Below, piece by piece: positions 23,271 through 35,567 of a stretch of DNA of 36,255 nucleotides (within the stretch, counting starts at the first letter, position 1; each line of letters starts with the position of its first letter). The stretch lies in the NCBI RefSeq assembly GCF_001194135.2, contig NC_068999.1, positions 10,819,581 through 10,855,835 on the forward strand, given 5' to 3'. Source of the DNA: Octopus bimaculoides. Lineage: Eukaryota. A program made the position numbers and the translations under genes. The notes beneath the pieces were generated by a model. It saw nothing but the letters and a program-made list of their open reading frames with translations, had not been told where the DNA came from and did not search any database.

Positions 23271-24766
23271 AGTATACATAGCTACAATTGGATACGAGTA
23301 GAAAAATCTGCATCCGTCTGTCAAACCATATCGAGCCAGTGTAGAAGAGTAGGCTCATCAAACCTGCATGGTCTCAAGCGAAAACTCACTTTTACACATC
23401 AGGACATCGTGGTGGAGAGGACATGTTGTGGCCCTGGTGCTGAAGTGGATTGAAAATGGGCAGTCCAATCAATTCGTTGCTACTTGTAGACCACTGAACA
23501 ATAACTGGTAGCATCGGTTGTTGGATGCAATGTAAATCAGTGGAATATTTGGATCTTATTAGTACCTAGCTGTTAACAAGTAAATCTATGCTTAAATAAA
23601 TTCAAGCGTGAAACACTAGGTATTTATGTCTTGTAAACATGGTGCGAATATAGGACAACATTATAAAATAAGCTCTTCGTTTTTAAAACAACAATATGTG
23701 ACTTGTGAGTAACTTGATGCATTTTAGCGAATCTTAAAAGGTAACCTCCCCTCTCAGTAAATTAATGTCAATTAGTAGTCGTTAGAGAAGCATCCTTTCT
23801 TGTAAACATTCTAGAAATTTAGTCGAGTCACGTATGTATTACATTGCTGAAGCCAACTCATATGGTAGGTAAGCATATGTGCGTGAGCCTATTACGAACT
23901 CTCTCACAATATATTTACCAAATTGTGTGACTCAAGGTAAATGGGGTTTTAGCTTGGTGTAATTTGTCAGATATTTCCTTGTTTTTATATATTTAATCTA
24001 CTATATTTCATCTACTTTTGAGAACTGTGTGACGGTCATATCCTTCTCTATGATGATCCATCTTTCAAATGATTTCTTATGACCATGAGAACTAGGGACG
24101 AATAACGGATTTGTTTTTATTGCATAGCTCTATTAGACATCTCACTTGCAATGCTCTTGCGAAAAGGCGTCTGCTTTAAAAGAAATTTTGGAAGAAAATT
24201 GGCTTAGATCAGCTACTTTATATAGTAACATTACACAATTTAATGGACGACGTCGCAATTCATGCTTACTAATTTGCTCAGTCCAAATAATATTAACTAT
24301 TATTTAGAATATGTCATGTCGGTTCCCTTTGTATCTGTATGAGAGTGGTTTTCAACATCTTTTTTGAATTAGCATTGTACTGGAGATCAAACCAAAGATA
24401 AGAAAACAGAATATGTAGGGCACTTCAAGTGGACACTCGAATTAAATGTCTATTTTGAAGTTGAATATTTAAGGCTTACCTGGTTTTGATCAGCAAAGAT
24501 AAGTAAATGTACATTATGAATGACACATATTTTACAATTACATATTAATAGGGGTTTTCTAAAGTGTGGCACCGAAGAAAATGAATACTCAATAGCGAAT
24601 GGTGAAACACAAATGAAGGAACAAGTCAAATTCGAGAATATTTTCAAAGGCCCTAACAATATCTCAGAGTTTTAAATATATATATATATAAATATAAATA
24701 TATATGTATGTATATATATGTATATATATATATAGGTGTATGTATATATATATATATATATAGGAG

Positions 24767-24799
<33 letters not shown>

Positions 24800-24833
24800 T
24801 GTGTGTAGATAGATATATATACATTTGTGTGTG

Positions 24834-24878
<45 letters not shown>

Positions 24879-26559
24879 GTNNNNNNNNNNNNNNNNNNNN
24901 NNNNNNNNNNNNNNNNNNNNNNNNNNNNNNNNNNNNNNNNNNNNNNNNNNNNNNNNNNNNNNNNNNNNNNNNNNNNNNNNNNNNNNNNNNNNNNNNNNNN
25001 NNNNNNNNNNNNNNNNNNNNNNNNNNNNNNNNNNNNNNNNNNNNNNNNNNNNNNNNNNNNNNNNNNNNNNNNNNNNNNNNNNNNNNNNNNNNNNNNNNNN
25101 NNNNNNNNNNNNNNNNNNNNNNNNNNNNNNNNNNNNNNNNNNNNNNNNNNNNNNNNNNNNNNNNNNNNNNNNNNNNNNNNNNNNNNNNNNNNNNNNNNNN
25201 NNNNNNNNNNNNNNNNNNNNNNNNNNNNNNNNNNNNNNNNNNNNNNNNNNNNNNNNNNNNNNNNNNNNNNNNNNNNNNNNNNNNNNNNNNNNNNNNNNNN
25301 NNNNNNNNNNNNNNNNNNNNNNNNNNNNNNNNNNNNNNNNNNNNNNNNNNNNNNNNNNNNNNNNNNNNNNNNNNNNNNNNNNNNNNNNNNNNNNNNNNNN
25401 NNNNNNNNNNNNNNNNNNNNNNNNNNNNNNNNNNNNNNNNNATATATATATAATAGATATATGTATATACATATATCCTTCGTTAAAATTCTTGGGTTGT
25501 CTCCCTTATTGATTTTTTTTTTTATTAACACGAATTAAAATTTAGATGTAGAATTGCTGTCAACATTGATTGAGAGAGAAATTTCATTCATTGAAATATT
25601 TGAGCTTACGACGTTCATGTTTAAACATAGTGCTTCTGAAGAATGATTTTACACGCAATTCCACTGAGGTATCGGGTGGATTGCGCACAAGGCACAACAG
25701 ATTTGTCCTTAGAACACTTTAAATATTTATATTACACTTTATATAATTGTATTACGTTTATATTTTTAGGAATTTCTAAAACGGCAGATCTCGTTTGAAA
25801 ATTTAAAGAGATGTACTGAATCTCTCATGTTTAAATCTGATGCTATTGTCCAAGATTAATCTTATAATTTGATTATATGTTTAGGTGTAAGTTCATTGTC
25901 AAACATTAAAACCAATTTTCTATTTAGTGTGAAATGAAAGCAGATAGGTTTAACATAAGCATGATTATCGATTGAAATATAATAATATTAAAATAACGAC
26001 AGCAACAACAAATCATTAATTTTGTAAATTGGAAGTACACACAGAGAAACGCACACACTCACACACAGATATTTATATCTATATATCTTCATATATAATA
26101 TATATATATATANNNNNNNNNNNNNNNNNNNNNNNNNNNNNNNNNNNNNNNNNNNNNNNNNNNNNNNNNNNNNNNNNNNNNNNNNNNNNNNNNNNNNNNN
26201 NNNNNNNNNNNNNNNNNNNNNNNNNNNNNNNNNNNNNNNNNNNNNNNNNNNNNNNNNNNNNNNNNNNNNNNNNNNNNNNNNNNNNNNNNNNNNNNNNNNN
26301 NNNNNNNNNNNNNNNNNNNNNNNNNNNNNNNNNNNNNNNNNNNNNNNNNNNNNNNNNNNNNNNNNNNNNNNNNNNNNNNNNNNNNNNNNNNNNNNNNNNN
26401 NNNNNNNNNNNNNNNNNNNNNNNNNNNNNNNNNNNNNNNNNNNNNNNNNNNNNNNNNNNNNNNNNNNNNNNNNNNNNNNNNNNNNNNNNNNNNNNNNNNN
26501 NNNNNNNNNNNNNNNNNNNNNNNNNNNNNNNNNNNNNNNNNNNNNNNNNNNNNNNNNNN

Positions 26560-26601
<42 letters not shown>

Positions 26602-27077
26602 CATAGGTTCTTACTTTATATACATTTATCTATGTTTGTCTATACATGCTAATACATAATCGTATTTGTGTCTGAGTGTGTGCATAATTATGCCTGTACG
26701 TGTTCATTTGTAGAGGACAGTATGTGTTCTGGATTGCTTCTGACTATGAGCTCGTTTCAATATACGAATGTTTTGCATGTGTTTTGTATCCGTATATCCG
26801 TATTTACGTCCAATTAAAGATCATCTATGATATAATTTGAGTAATAAAATTTCGTGTCACATATGCTTACGTATAACTAACAGTATCGTTTACATGCTTA
26901 AGTTTATATTGATATATCTATCTATCGACCTCTATATGTAAATATATATACATATATAAATGGATATATATATATATATACACCCTCTCCCCACTAATAA
27001 ATATATATATTAACATATATATATGTACATACGTAAATAATTATACAAACATATATATACATATATACATACAAATA

Positions 27078-27137
<60 letters not shown>

Positions 27138-27470
27138 NNNNNNNNNNNNNNNNNNNNNNNNNNNNNNNNNNNNNNNNNNNNNNNNNNNNNNNNNNNNNNN
27201 NNNNNNNNNNNNNNNNNNNNNNNNNTATATACAGACACACACATACACCCTGAACTGCGCGCGCACCTTGCAATACCTTCCGAGTAAAATTTAGCATTTC
27301 TCGGTTGTCTGAGAATCGATTTTGATAAAATTTTCCCAGCTTCTTTGCACACTATCGCAACACGATTGCTATGTTTTCCTTATTCTGTGTAAATTCCTTA
27401 CTTTTTTTTATTTCAGATTCTTCAGTTTTTCCATGAACCGCGCTAATAGTTTCCCTACTCTCTAAGAACA

Positions 27471-28492
27471 ATGGGACGTGGATAAGGTCTTAATGATGAA
27501 GAAAAATCTGCCATCATCATGGAAGTGCTAAAGGCGACTAAGTATCTTTATGTTTTTGCGTAGAAGTTAGGTGGTCATGTGAATACAGTTAGACGATTCC
27601 TGGAGGACCCTTCGCGAAGGAAGTAACGATCCTACTGTGGGACCTTCAGAACTGTGATAGGTGGGGATTTAAGGAATATTGACTGCAAGTTACGTGCTAA
27701 GCCAGGACAAAATGCAAAGCCATTTTCACCGTCACCGGACTTCAACACGTGCGGAAAACCACCCGAAATCGAATTCTCGGGACCGTGACTTCCATGCGCG
27801 AACCCCCGAATCTACCTCCTTTAACGCCTCGTCTCTGTAGTTTGAGGTTTCAATGGGCCCATAAGTATATGACGTTAGACATGAGATGTCTTCTGTTCCC
27901 TGATGAAAGCAAGGCGAGCCTTGACGGACCTGACGGTTGGGAAAATGGTTGGGTCTGTTTTGGATATGAGCATCACCAACGTTTACGACTTGAAAACAGG
28001 GTGGAGGAGTCATGTTGTGAGCTGGTATCATTAAGGACAGACTTGTTGGTCCACTCAGGGTGCCTGAAGTCGTTTAAAGAGACTGCAGCCGCCTACTACA
28101 ATCTCATGAAGGTCTTGGGTCTGTCTATGACTAAATGACATACGGCTGTCACTTCTAAGGTATCTCGTATTTATGTATGACAACGCTCCCCCCACCCTTC
28201 TGCTAGGACCACCCAAACATTCCTAGGGTCTTACGGCATACAAAGTAAAGTGTTAACGGTGTGGCTGCCAGCATTTCTGGATTTCAACCCTATCGAAAAT
28301 CTTTGGCCCATCATTAAACAAGATATTCATGACGATGGACGCCTATTTACGCCGAAAGATGTATGTCTTATGGTCGACCATTACATCTGCAGCAGAAGTA
28401 GTCCAGCCTGCTACTATAAAGAAATTGATAGAGGCCATAACTAATACGCTTTTGAAGTTTTCCATCGAAATGGCGCTCGTATGGCTAAATAA
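27471..28492 (+). pseudogene. Tc1-like DD37E (TRT-type) transposase pseudogene, near full length
   Basis: ATG 27471 to TAA 28490-28492 (~340 codons) with stops and frameshifts: MGRG*GLNDEEKSAI, RKTTRNRIL, PPLTPR..RFQWAHKYM, LLFPDESKASLDGPDGWENGWV, VFMYDNAP (D 28179), WLPAFLDFNPIENLWPIIKQDIHDDGRLFT (E 28295). D-to-E spacing is 37 if the C-run at 28188-28198 carries a 2-nt insertion. TIRs not found. Confidence 0.85.
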
Positions 28493-28519
28493 TTAATTAT
28501 ATCAAATATTTGAATATTA

Positions 28520-29021
28520 TTTGGCAGCAAATAAAAATACTAGATCTAAAATCTCTCTAATAGATCAACGCAGTAGTTGTATTCACAAGTGATATTCCTA
28601 GTCAATTCAACATGGCTGTCCGTTCCAATGGATTCTGCTGCGATATTTCAAACCCAAGAGGATATATCCTCTAGCTGGTTAACGATGCAGAGCTGCATAC
28701 GATAAATTGTGAGTAGGGGAGCGAACTCTTACCAGCTTCTAGCGACGGGACCTGTAGATCAGTCATGATTTCAGGCTATTCCTGCAACTCTTCCGTGCTG
28801 GACACCTCATCTGCTAGAGATGGCAGTAGCTCGCTTCTGCTCATAATATATATATATATTTCAAGTGGACACTTGGTCGCTGATTTTGCAACAAGGAAAA
28901 GTGCTAGTTCTAAAATCACTCTAAGAGATCAACGCAGTAGTTATACTGAGAAGTAATATTCGTCGCCACTTCGACATGGCTGTCTGTTCGAGCAGAATTT
29001 AATGCGATTTTGTAAACTCAA
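28520..29021. repeat. Diverged direct repeat, ~137 bp x2 (28520-28656 and 28884-29021)
   Basis: Shared blocks tctaaaatc, gatcaacgcagtagtt, acatggctgtc, tgcgat; roughly 70-75% identity by eye. Confidence 0.85.
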
Positions 29022-29420
29022 TGTGACATCTACTTTGTCAAGAGCGAAATTCTGAAATACTTAGTTGATGAAAATTTATAACAAACTGCATGGGATTTGG
29101 TAGAACGGTTGAATTCAAACTACACTTCGAACACAAAACGCGTTTATGAACGAGGATAAGTGATTCAAATTTATAGAACTGGTGTTGAAAAGAAACGACG
29201 TTATATAAGTAAAATAAATAAATAAATAAATAAATAAATAAAAGCCCGTGTTTATCTGTGTTCAAACCACTAAAAGGTAAATAAGCCGTGGACAATGAAC
29301 ACGAAGGGCAATATTATCAACAGCCGTACTGCAAAAAGTTGGTAATATGATTTTCAATGGCATAGCAAGATGTACTATATCAGAAAACATTGGTGTAGAG
29401 TTCGTGTGTATGTGAGAATA

Positions 29421-29429
29421 TGTATTTGT

Positions 29430-29472
<43 letters not shown>

Positions 29473-29745
29473 GATAGGTGCTAGTGACTTGGACGTGTGT
29501 GGATGTGTGTGTGGGTAAGTGTGCGCGTCTGTAATGTGTGGGTTAGTGGATAATGTTGTGTGGGTGGGAAAATGATGGTGTGTGGTGTGGGTGGCGGGAA
29601 ATGGTCAGTGCTTGTGTGTGTGGAGTGTTGTGATGATGTGTGGTGGTGGTGCGTGGGCATGTGGGGTGGTAGTGGGTGTTTATGTGATGTGGGGTAGGGA
29701 TGTGGCTGTGAGGTAGAATTGCGGGTGTTGGGGTAGGGTATACAC
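29421..29745 (+). repeat. (TG)n grading into G/T-rich low-complexity tract
   Basis: Direct reading; strong G/T skew with several GGG/GGGG runs. Confidence 0.9.
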
Positions 29746-30075
29746 ACACATTGATAATAAGGAGAATAGAAAATTTGAACATTCAAACATGTTTTTTTAA
29801 TTATTCATAATAATTGTCAGACACATGTTTCGGTTGCATTAATTGCATATTATTGCATATTTATATGTAGTGATTTATGCACTATTAGTACGATCACTAT
29901 AGGGCGTATAAATATGACATTGTTCGCAGAGCAATTTTCTCCGTTATCGCTTTGAATTAGACTTGGTAGCAGTCGTTGTAAAACATTACGTTCATCGATT
30001 AGCTGTTTTCCATAATTGATTGTTTGTGTAAAATTTTCACAAATGATTCTTTGGCTAAAATTACCCAAACAATCT

Positions 30076-30240
30076 GGTGTTGGTTTGCTTACGTTCACGT
30101 AACATAGCAGTTCATTAAAAGAGAACCAATAAAAAAGAACCAGGTGTAACAAAGAAAGAACTTGAGTCGATTTGTTCAATAAAAATTCTTCAAGGCACTG
30201 CCCCATCTTGGTCGCAATTTGATGACTGAAACGGATAATA
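30076..30240 (+). mobile_element. SINE family A 3' half
   Basis: ggtgttggtttgcttacgttcacgtaacatagcagttc...gagtcgatttgttcaataaaaattcttcaaggcactgccccatcttggtcgcaatttgatgactgaaac matches 3670-3820. Confidence 0.75.
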
Positions 30241-30497
30241 GAAACGCTAAATGCCTCAAAGCTAAGGGAGAAAACTCTTGTTCTGCTATCTCAGGAATAC
30301 TATGCCACTTGAAACTTTACACGGTCGATTTAACCGCTAGAAACAGTAACCCCAATGCTTTTAAAGCAGATCTTAATACTGGGGTTCAAGAACCAAATGG
30401 TGGATGCATTTTCGTCCCGGCATCATCCTAATTACAAAATGGTATAAGAGGTCTATGTAGAGTAAATATCGACTGAGATATAGGGGTCCCAGTCGTA

Positions 30498-30530
30498 GAA
30501 ACAGAATTTCGTCTTTATTAATATAGTAGA
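30498..30530 (-). mobile_element. Possible Helitron-type 5' terminus
   Basis: Minus strand A|TCTACTATATTAATAAAGACGAAATTCTGTTTC resembles non-autonomous Helitron starts (TCTAxxATATxATAAAG). No matching hairpin-CTAG 3' end found. Confidence 0.25.
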
Positions 30531-30619
30531 TAGATATATATATATATTAATAAGCATAGATATGTCACATACACAAATATACATACACAAACACGCATAC
30601 ACAACGTATATCATTTACA

Positions 30620-30785
30620 GGTGTGCGTGTGTGTGTTTGTGCGTGTGTGTGTTTGTGCTTGTGTGTGTGTGTGCGTGCGTGTGTTGTGCGTGTGTGTGTT
30701 TGTGCGTGTGTGTGTTTGTGCGTGTGTGTGTTTGTGCGTGTTTGTGTTTGTGCGTAGGTGTGTATGTCTTTGTGTGTCTGTTTGT
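30620..30785. repeat. Compound GT minisatellite (GTGTGTGTTTGTGC-type units)
   Basis: Direct reading. Confidence 0.9.
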
Positions 30786-30994
30786 CTGTTTCTTTCACAG
30801 TGGTCTGCAATTTTAGTCCATGTCTAAATCACTTTCATCTCCATGATTTAAAAGTTAGAAACCTTGGAAAATGTATTTATTCCGAATGATGAAGGTGGAA
30901 AGATAGGATTTGGTGTATTTCCGATCGGGCATACAAAGACTGATCATTGTTCCGATTCGTATAGTTAACGTACGTTCTGCATTGTATATGCATG

Positions 30995-31053
<59 letters not shown>

Positions 31054-31080
31054 ATATATATGTATATGCATATATAAAAT

Positions 31081-31406
31081 TTGGACGCTGGTACTATTAT
31101 AAATTTTAGAAGTGTGTTCTCCTTCCAAGTGAATATAGATATGAACTGCAAGAGAGAGAATCTTAACCTGCTCCCAATTCCAGCGACAATTATATTGGCC
31201 AAACCAAGAATTCCCTCTGGCAACGTGCAAATTCCCACAACAAACTCATCACACAAAAACCATTACGTATTACTTCGCTGAGAAAGCATCTGAAATATGT
31301 GCAACAGAACAGTAGATTCCAGAGCTTTCCTTTCTACCAATTTCCAGGGGATAACCAGACGGCAACAGAGCTACATTTTCAGGTCAAATTCTCACTAAAC
31401 GTATAA
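31081..31406 (+). mobile_element. Penelope-like GIY-YIG endonuclease fragment
   Basis: GTIINFRSVFSFQVNIDMNCKRENL, frameshift, then NYIGQTKNSLWQRANSHNKLI...LRKHLKYV..FQSFPFYQFPGD..ELHFQVKFSLNV* (YIGQT motif, R..H, C-terminal E..F..LN). Bracketed by (TA)n. Confidence 0.75.
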
Positions 31407-31412
31407 AAGATG

Positions 31413-31472
<60 letters not shown>

Positions 31473-31479
31473 CTTCGTT

Positions 31480-31925
31480 TATTGTTTTATTCTTGAACTT
31501 GTTTCAGACATATGATTGCGACAATGCTCGAGCTCGATCTCCACCTAGAAGGGTTTTAATTGAACAAATCAACTCCGGGACTTATATTTTTATAACATAA
31601 AACTTATTTTATGGGCGTCTTTTGCTGAAGTGATAAATTTTGGGGGACTTAAACACACCAGGACCAGTTTTTCCAGCAGTGATGGAAAGGGTCAAACACA
31701 TTTTTACACACACACACACGTACATACACACATACACTGAAAGAAAAAGAAGGAGACACAATTCATTCGCTCGGTTTTAGTCTACCGAAGGCCACCAAAG
31801 GCATTAATCGTGTGAGGGAATTACCAGACGACATGTGTCCAATCAATGCTAGCGAACAGTGACACTGTACAACCAACTAGTTGGAACCAAAGCTAACTTC
31901 TTAACACTACAGCCGTCCTTGCACT
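31480..31925 (-). mobile_element. Degenerate full-length SINE family A
   Basis: Tail (ttgtttcagacatatgattgcgacaatgctcgagc; gaacaaatcaactccgggactta), central CA tract and head (cttcttaacactacagccgtccttgcac) in antisense order. Confidence 0.65.
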
Positions 31926-33044
31926 TATGTATTGAAATATAACCGATGAATTCAAACTCATTCAATAAGCAGAAACGATTTTTCAAACATTTATTTCATT
32001 CTGACATTACATATGTACAAATATACTACATGAATGAAGTTTTAGAGAAGACGTGGATATTTTATTTTCGACAATAGTTAACAATATTCATATGCATCCT
32101 ATGATTTTATACTTGTAATCGAATGTTTTTCTCAAGTTATTTGACAGTCATTCTGAGCAATATTCAGCAAAAAATATTAGCTACCCGATTATGGAGAGGA
32201 AAATTGGGGCGAATAAATTATATAACGAATATATAAATTATATTCAGGTTCAATGCGATCTCATTAGTCGCACATAACCAATTAATCGCCTTGAATATGC
32301 TTGACATATACAGCTGTTGTGTGAATTTTTACATTATAAAACTAGAGCAAATTTCATTATTGCAACACGTGTGTGTCGGGGGAGGCTATGTTGTGCAGGC
32401 ATATAACCATTATATTTACATATATTTACAAACACACACACATATGACAGTAACTACGGCCTTGTGAGCCATCGTCAGGACCGTAATTTACACACACACA
32501 CACACATGGGCGTGTGTGCCTATGCGCGTGTGTGCGTACATACATTCGCACAAACACACACGTGCGCAGAGTCACGCAGACATGTACACAAAATACATAA
32601 GATTATGCACGAATTATAATCTTAAGCTCTCATTTACGCAAGTATTCAATAAGAAGTACGAATGAAAAACAGCAGCATTGACAAATCTATTTATTTCTAC
32701 CAAAGTTGCTATTAATTGCGTTGAAATAATTCTGTGGTTCCCCTTGACTCTCATCGAAGTTTCTAGATTCTGGAACGTGTAAGGGCTTCTCACTGGACGC
32801 ATTGTGCATCTTTCCGGCATTTTTTCTTATTTTGAATTCAAATTTCGCAGTAGTTTAATTGTTGAAAGATGTAGTACATGTGTCGGTAGAGCACAATCAA
32901 CATGGCACAATCTTTGTGGAAATCAGCTTTTTGTAACCAGTTCGGAGGATTTCTGGTTTGATTTCATCCGCCTCCTACATTTCCGACCTCACTGAAACGA
33001 ATATGGCCAAATCTTCTCTGGTGCCTGAAAAAAGAATTTACGAT

Positions 33045-33185
33045 ATATAGTGACTCAGCAAAAAAAGACCGATAGATTAAGTACCGGATATAAAATAGTA
33101 CCAATGGTGGTGCGATTTATGTCACGAAACCTCAAGGTGATGTATCATCATGGTTACGGTGTAATGAGTGACAATGTAAACGCAA
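33045..33185 (+). mobile_element. SINE family A 3' half, degenerate
   Basis: cagcaaaaaaagaccgatagattaagtacc matches cggcaaaagagaccgatagaataagtact (3706-3734). Confidence 0.6.
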
Positions 33186-33679
33186 AGTGGTAAATAGTAG
33201 GAATCAAATTTATTAGGTTCTTATAATAATTCAAGAAAAATCTGCACAATGATCAAAGATAATATTCATTTTTTGCGCAATTATTTCTTTTCTTCACATA
33301 CGAGGGGTGTCTTTCAAATAAGCAAGTCACAATGGTTTTTGGATGTCCAATGTCAGATGTACAGATTCAAACCTAAGTGAATAAGTCATTTATGCACAGG
33401 GCTGCAAAGAATTACAGTAGAGAAATAAATGGAAACACAAGGAATAGAGACTATGTCCAAGTCCGAAGTCGTGGGTTTCAGTTACTAGCATGTAAAACAT
33501 GTGTATGTGTGAGCACGTGTGTGTATATGTATGTGTAAAAATGCATGCATATTTGCATGAAAGCATTGTATGAAAACATTTTATTTTTGTATATGTATAT
33601 TCGTATATCACTATTATTAGTCCAGATACAATATTCATAGTATGTCACCAACTAATTGTTATATATATGTATGTGTGTG

Positions 33680-33735
<56 letters not shown>

Positions 33736-34409
33736 NNNNNNNNNNNNNNNNNNNNNNNNNNNNNNNNNNNNNNNNNNNNNNNNNNNNNNNNNNNNNNNNN
33801 NNNNNNNNNNNNNNNNNNNNNNNNNNNNNNNNNNNNNNNNNNNNNNNNNNNNNNNNNNNNNNNNNNNNNNNNNNNNNNNNNNNNNNNNNNNNNNNNNNNN
33901 NNNNNNNNNNNNNNNNNNNNNNNNNNNNNNNNNNNNNNNNNNNNNNNNNNNNNNNNNNNNNNNNNNNNNNNNNNNNNNNNNNNNNNNNNNNNNNNNNNNN
34001 NNNNNNNNNNNNNNNNNNNNNNNNNNNNNNNNNNNNNNNNNNNNNNNNNNNNNNNNNNNNNNNNNNNNNNNNNNNNNNNNNNNNNNNNNNNNNNNNNNNN
34101 NNNNNNNNNNNNNNNNNNNNNNNNNNNNNGATTTATTGCAGAGATTAATCTTAAAACGCTAAAATAATGGGGTATTAAGTGTGAGAATATTCTTGTGGTA
34201 GAGATGAAGGCACATTGAGCGCTATAAAGTGCCCCTCTTCCTATAAAGATGAAATAGCGATTATAATTGTTAGGCGAAAAGATCTCTTGAAATTATATTA
34301 TCGATAAAAACACTTCGACTCTTATCTATAATACACATGAAAATAATTGATCACAACTTCAAATTTCACAAAATTTTTCCCCCCTTTATTGAACTACATG
34401 TTTCCTATT

Positions 34410-34410
34410 A

Positions 34411-34451
<41 letters not shown>

Positions 34452-34457
34452 GAAGAA

Positions 34458-34488
<31 letters not shown>

Positions 34489-34613
34489 AAGAAGAACAAC
34501 AACAACAACAATAACGGCAACAATAGCAGTAGCAATAATGATACTAATAATAACAATAATAAAATTTAATACATTAATCATCAATATGATAACGCTAATG
34601 CTGCTACTGCTGG

Positions 34614-34666
<53 letters not shown>

Positions 34667-34760
34667 TGCCAGAGGACGATTGAATAATAATAATAATAAT
34701 AATAATATTAATAATAATAATACTAATGGTAATCTATTATATCATTATTATCATTACTAA
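34410..34760. repeat. Compound trinucleotide microsatellite (AAT)n(AAG)n(AAC)n...(CTA)n(AAT)n
   Basis: Direct reading. Confidence 0.95.
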
Positions 34761-35100
34761 CTTTGTAAGAGATTGTTATTATTAGTGTTAGAATTAGTAG
34801 TATTAATATTCACAAAATTATGGCGGAGTTACATGTATTTTCGTAAGTGTTTCTCTTTTTATATTTGCTTGTATCTGTCCTTCATAATTTTTTTTTTCCA
34901 TAAAACAAGATCGGGAAAAGTAACGTGGATAATTTCGTCGAGATTGAATCTTAAAACCTTGTACGGGCATGCCTCCTGTCACGGCCCATTTCGTATATAC
35001 GGGTCCTATGATAATCTTCCATGTCTTGGGTTCACGATAAATAACGCCGATTGACATAATAGCGTTCAAATGTACCTAATTTACATTTTCTCCCTTATCT

Positions 35101-35226
35101 TGGTGTTGTTGTTGTTGTCCTTCTTCTTCTTGTTCTTCTTGTTCTTCTTGTTCTTGTTCTTGTTCTTCTTCTTCTTCTTCTTATTTCTTCTTCTTCTTCT
35201 TCTTCTTCTTCTTCTTCTTCTTCTAC

Positions 35227-35258
<32 letters not shown>

Positions 35259-35267
35259 CTTCTTCTT

Positions 35268-35360
<93 letters not shown>
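35101..35360. repeat. Compound trinucleotide microsatellite (TTG)n(TTC)n(TTA)n
   Basis: Direct reading. Confidence 0.95.
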
Positions 35361-35361
<1 letters not shown>

Positions 35362-35362
<1 letters not shown>

Positions 35363-35567
35363 AGGAGTCGTAATCGTTAGTATGCCGAGCAAAATTCCTA
35401 GAGGTATTTTGTCCGTCTTTACGTTCGGAGTTCTTTATTCTGCCGAGGTCGACTTTATCCTTCCGGGGTCGATAAAATAAAGTACCAGTTGAACACGGGG
35501 GTGGGATGTAAATGTAATCAATTTAATCCCACGCAGAACATGCTAGCCTTGTACAAAACTATGAAAC

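Larger units (their letters stand above)
4673..34129. other. Twelve scaffold gaps (N runs)
   Basis: Approximately 4673-5198, 9943-9952, 10613-10731, 11223-11232, 12775-12824, 17580-17589, 18280-18893, 22560-22670, 24881-25441, 26113-26559, 27138-27224 and 33736-34129; most open or close in (TA)n. Confidence 0.98.

Noticed and set aside
19315-24660. Several isolated exon-like segments (19315-19372 +, 19993-20110 -, 22289-22343 -, 23815-23868 +, 24477-24645 -)
   Set aside because: Each has plausible AG/GT ends and an open frame, but strands and phases do not chain into a recognisable protein; needs RNA-seq.
24424-28873. 14-nt match ttcaagtggacact at ~24424 and ~28860
   Set aside because: A match of this length is expected by chance in a window this size; flanks do not align.
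29481-29786. His/Pro/Thr-rich minus-strand ORFs
   Set aside because: Translation of a GT-rich low-complexity tract.
30855-31256. Protein-looking minus-strand ORFs (VVGICTLPEGILGLANIIVAGIG; GNSWFGQYNCRWNWEQ)
   Set aside because: Antisense shadows of the plus-strand Penelope GIY-YIG fragment.
32614-33030. Unique sequence with a strong minus-strand acceptor (ttcttttttcag) as a possible terminal exon
   Set aside because: All three frames stop within about 20 codons and none is recognisable; unsupported without transcripts.
33299-33322. tacgaggggtgtctttcaaataag, resembling a mariner TIR start
   Set aside because: No partner TIR or transposase remnant seen nearby.
4566-34167. Long ORFs of 150-330 aa in the track
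   Set aside because: They run through N gaps and (TA)/(CA)/(GA) repeats, giving YIYI, THTH, SLSL or X strings; no coding signal.
35070-35392. Poly-Leu/Ile and poly-Arg/Lys ORFs
   Set aside because: Direct translation of (TTC)n/(TTA)n microsatellites.
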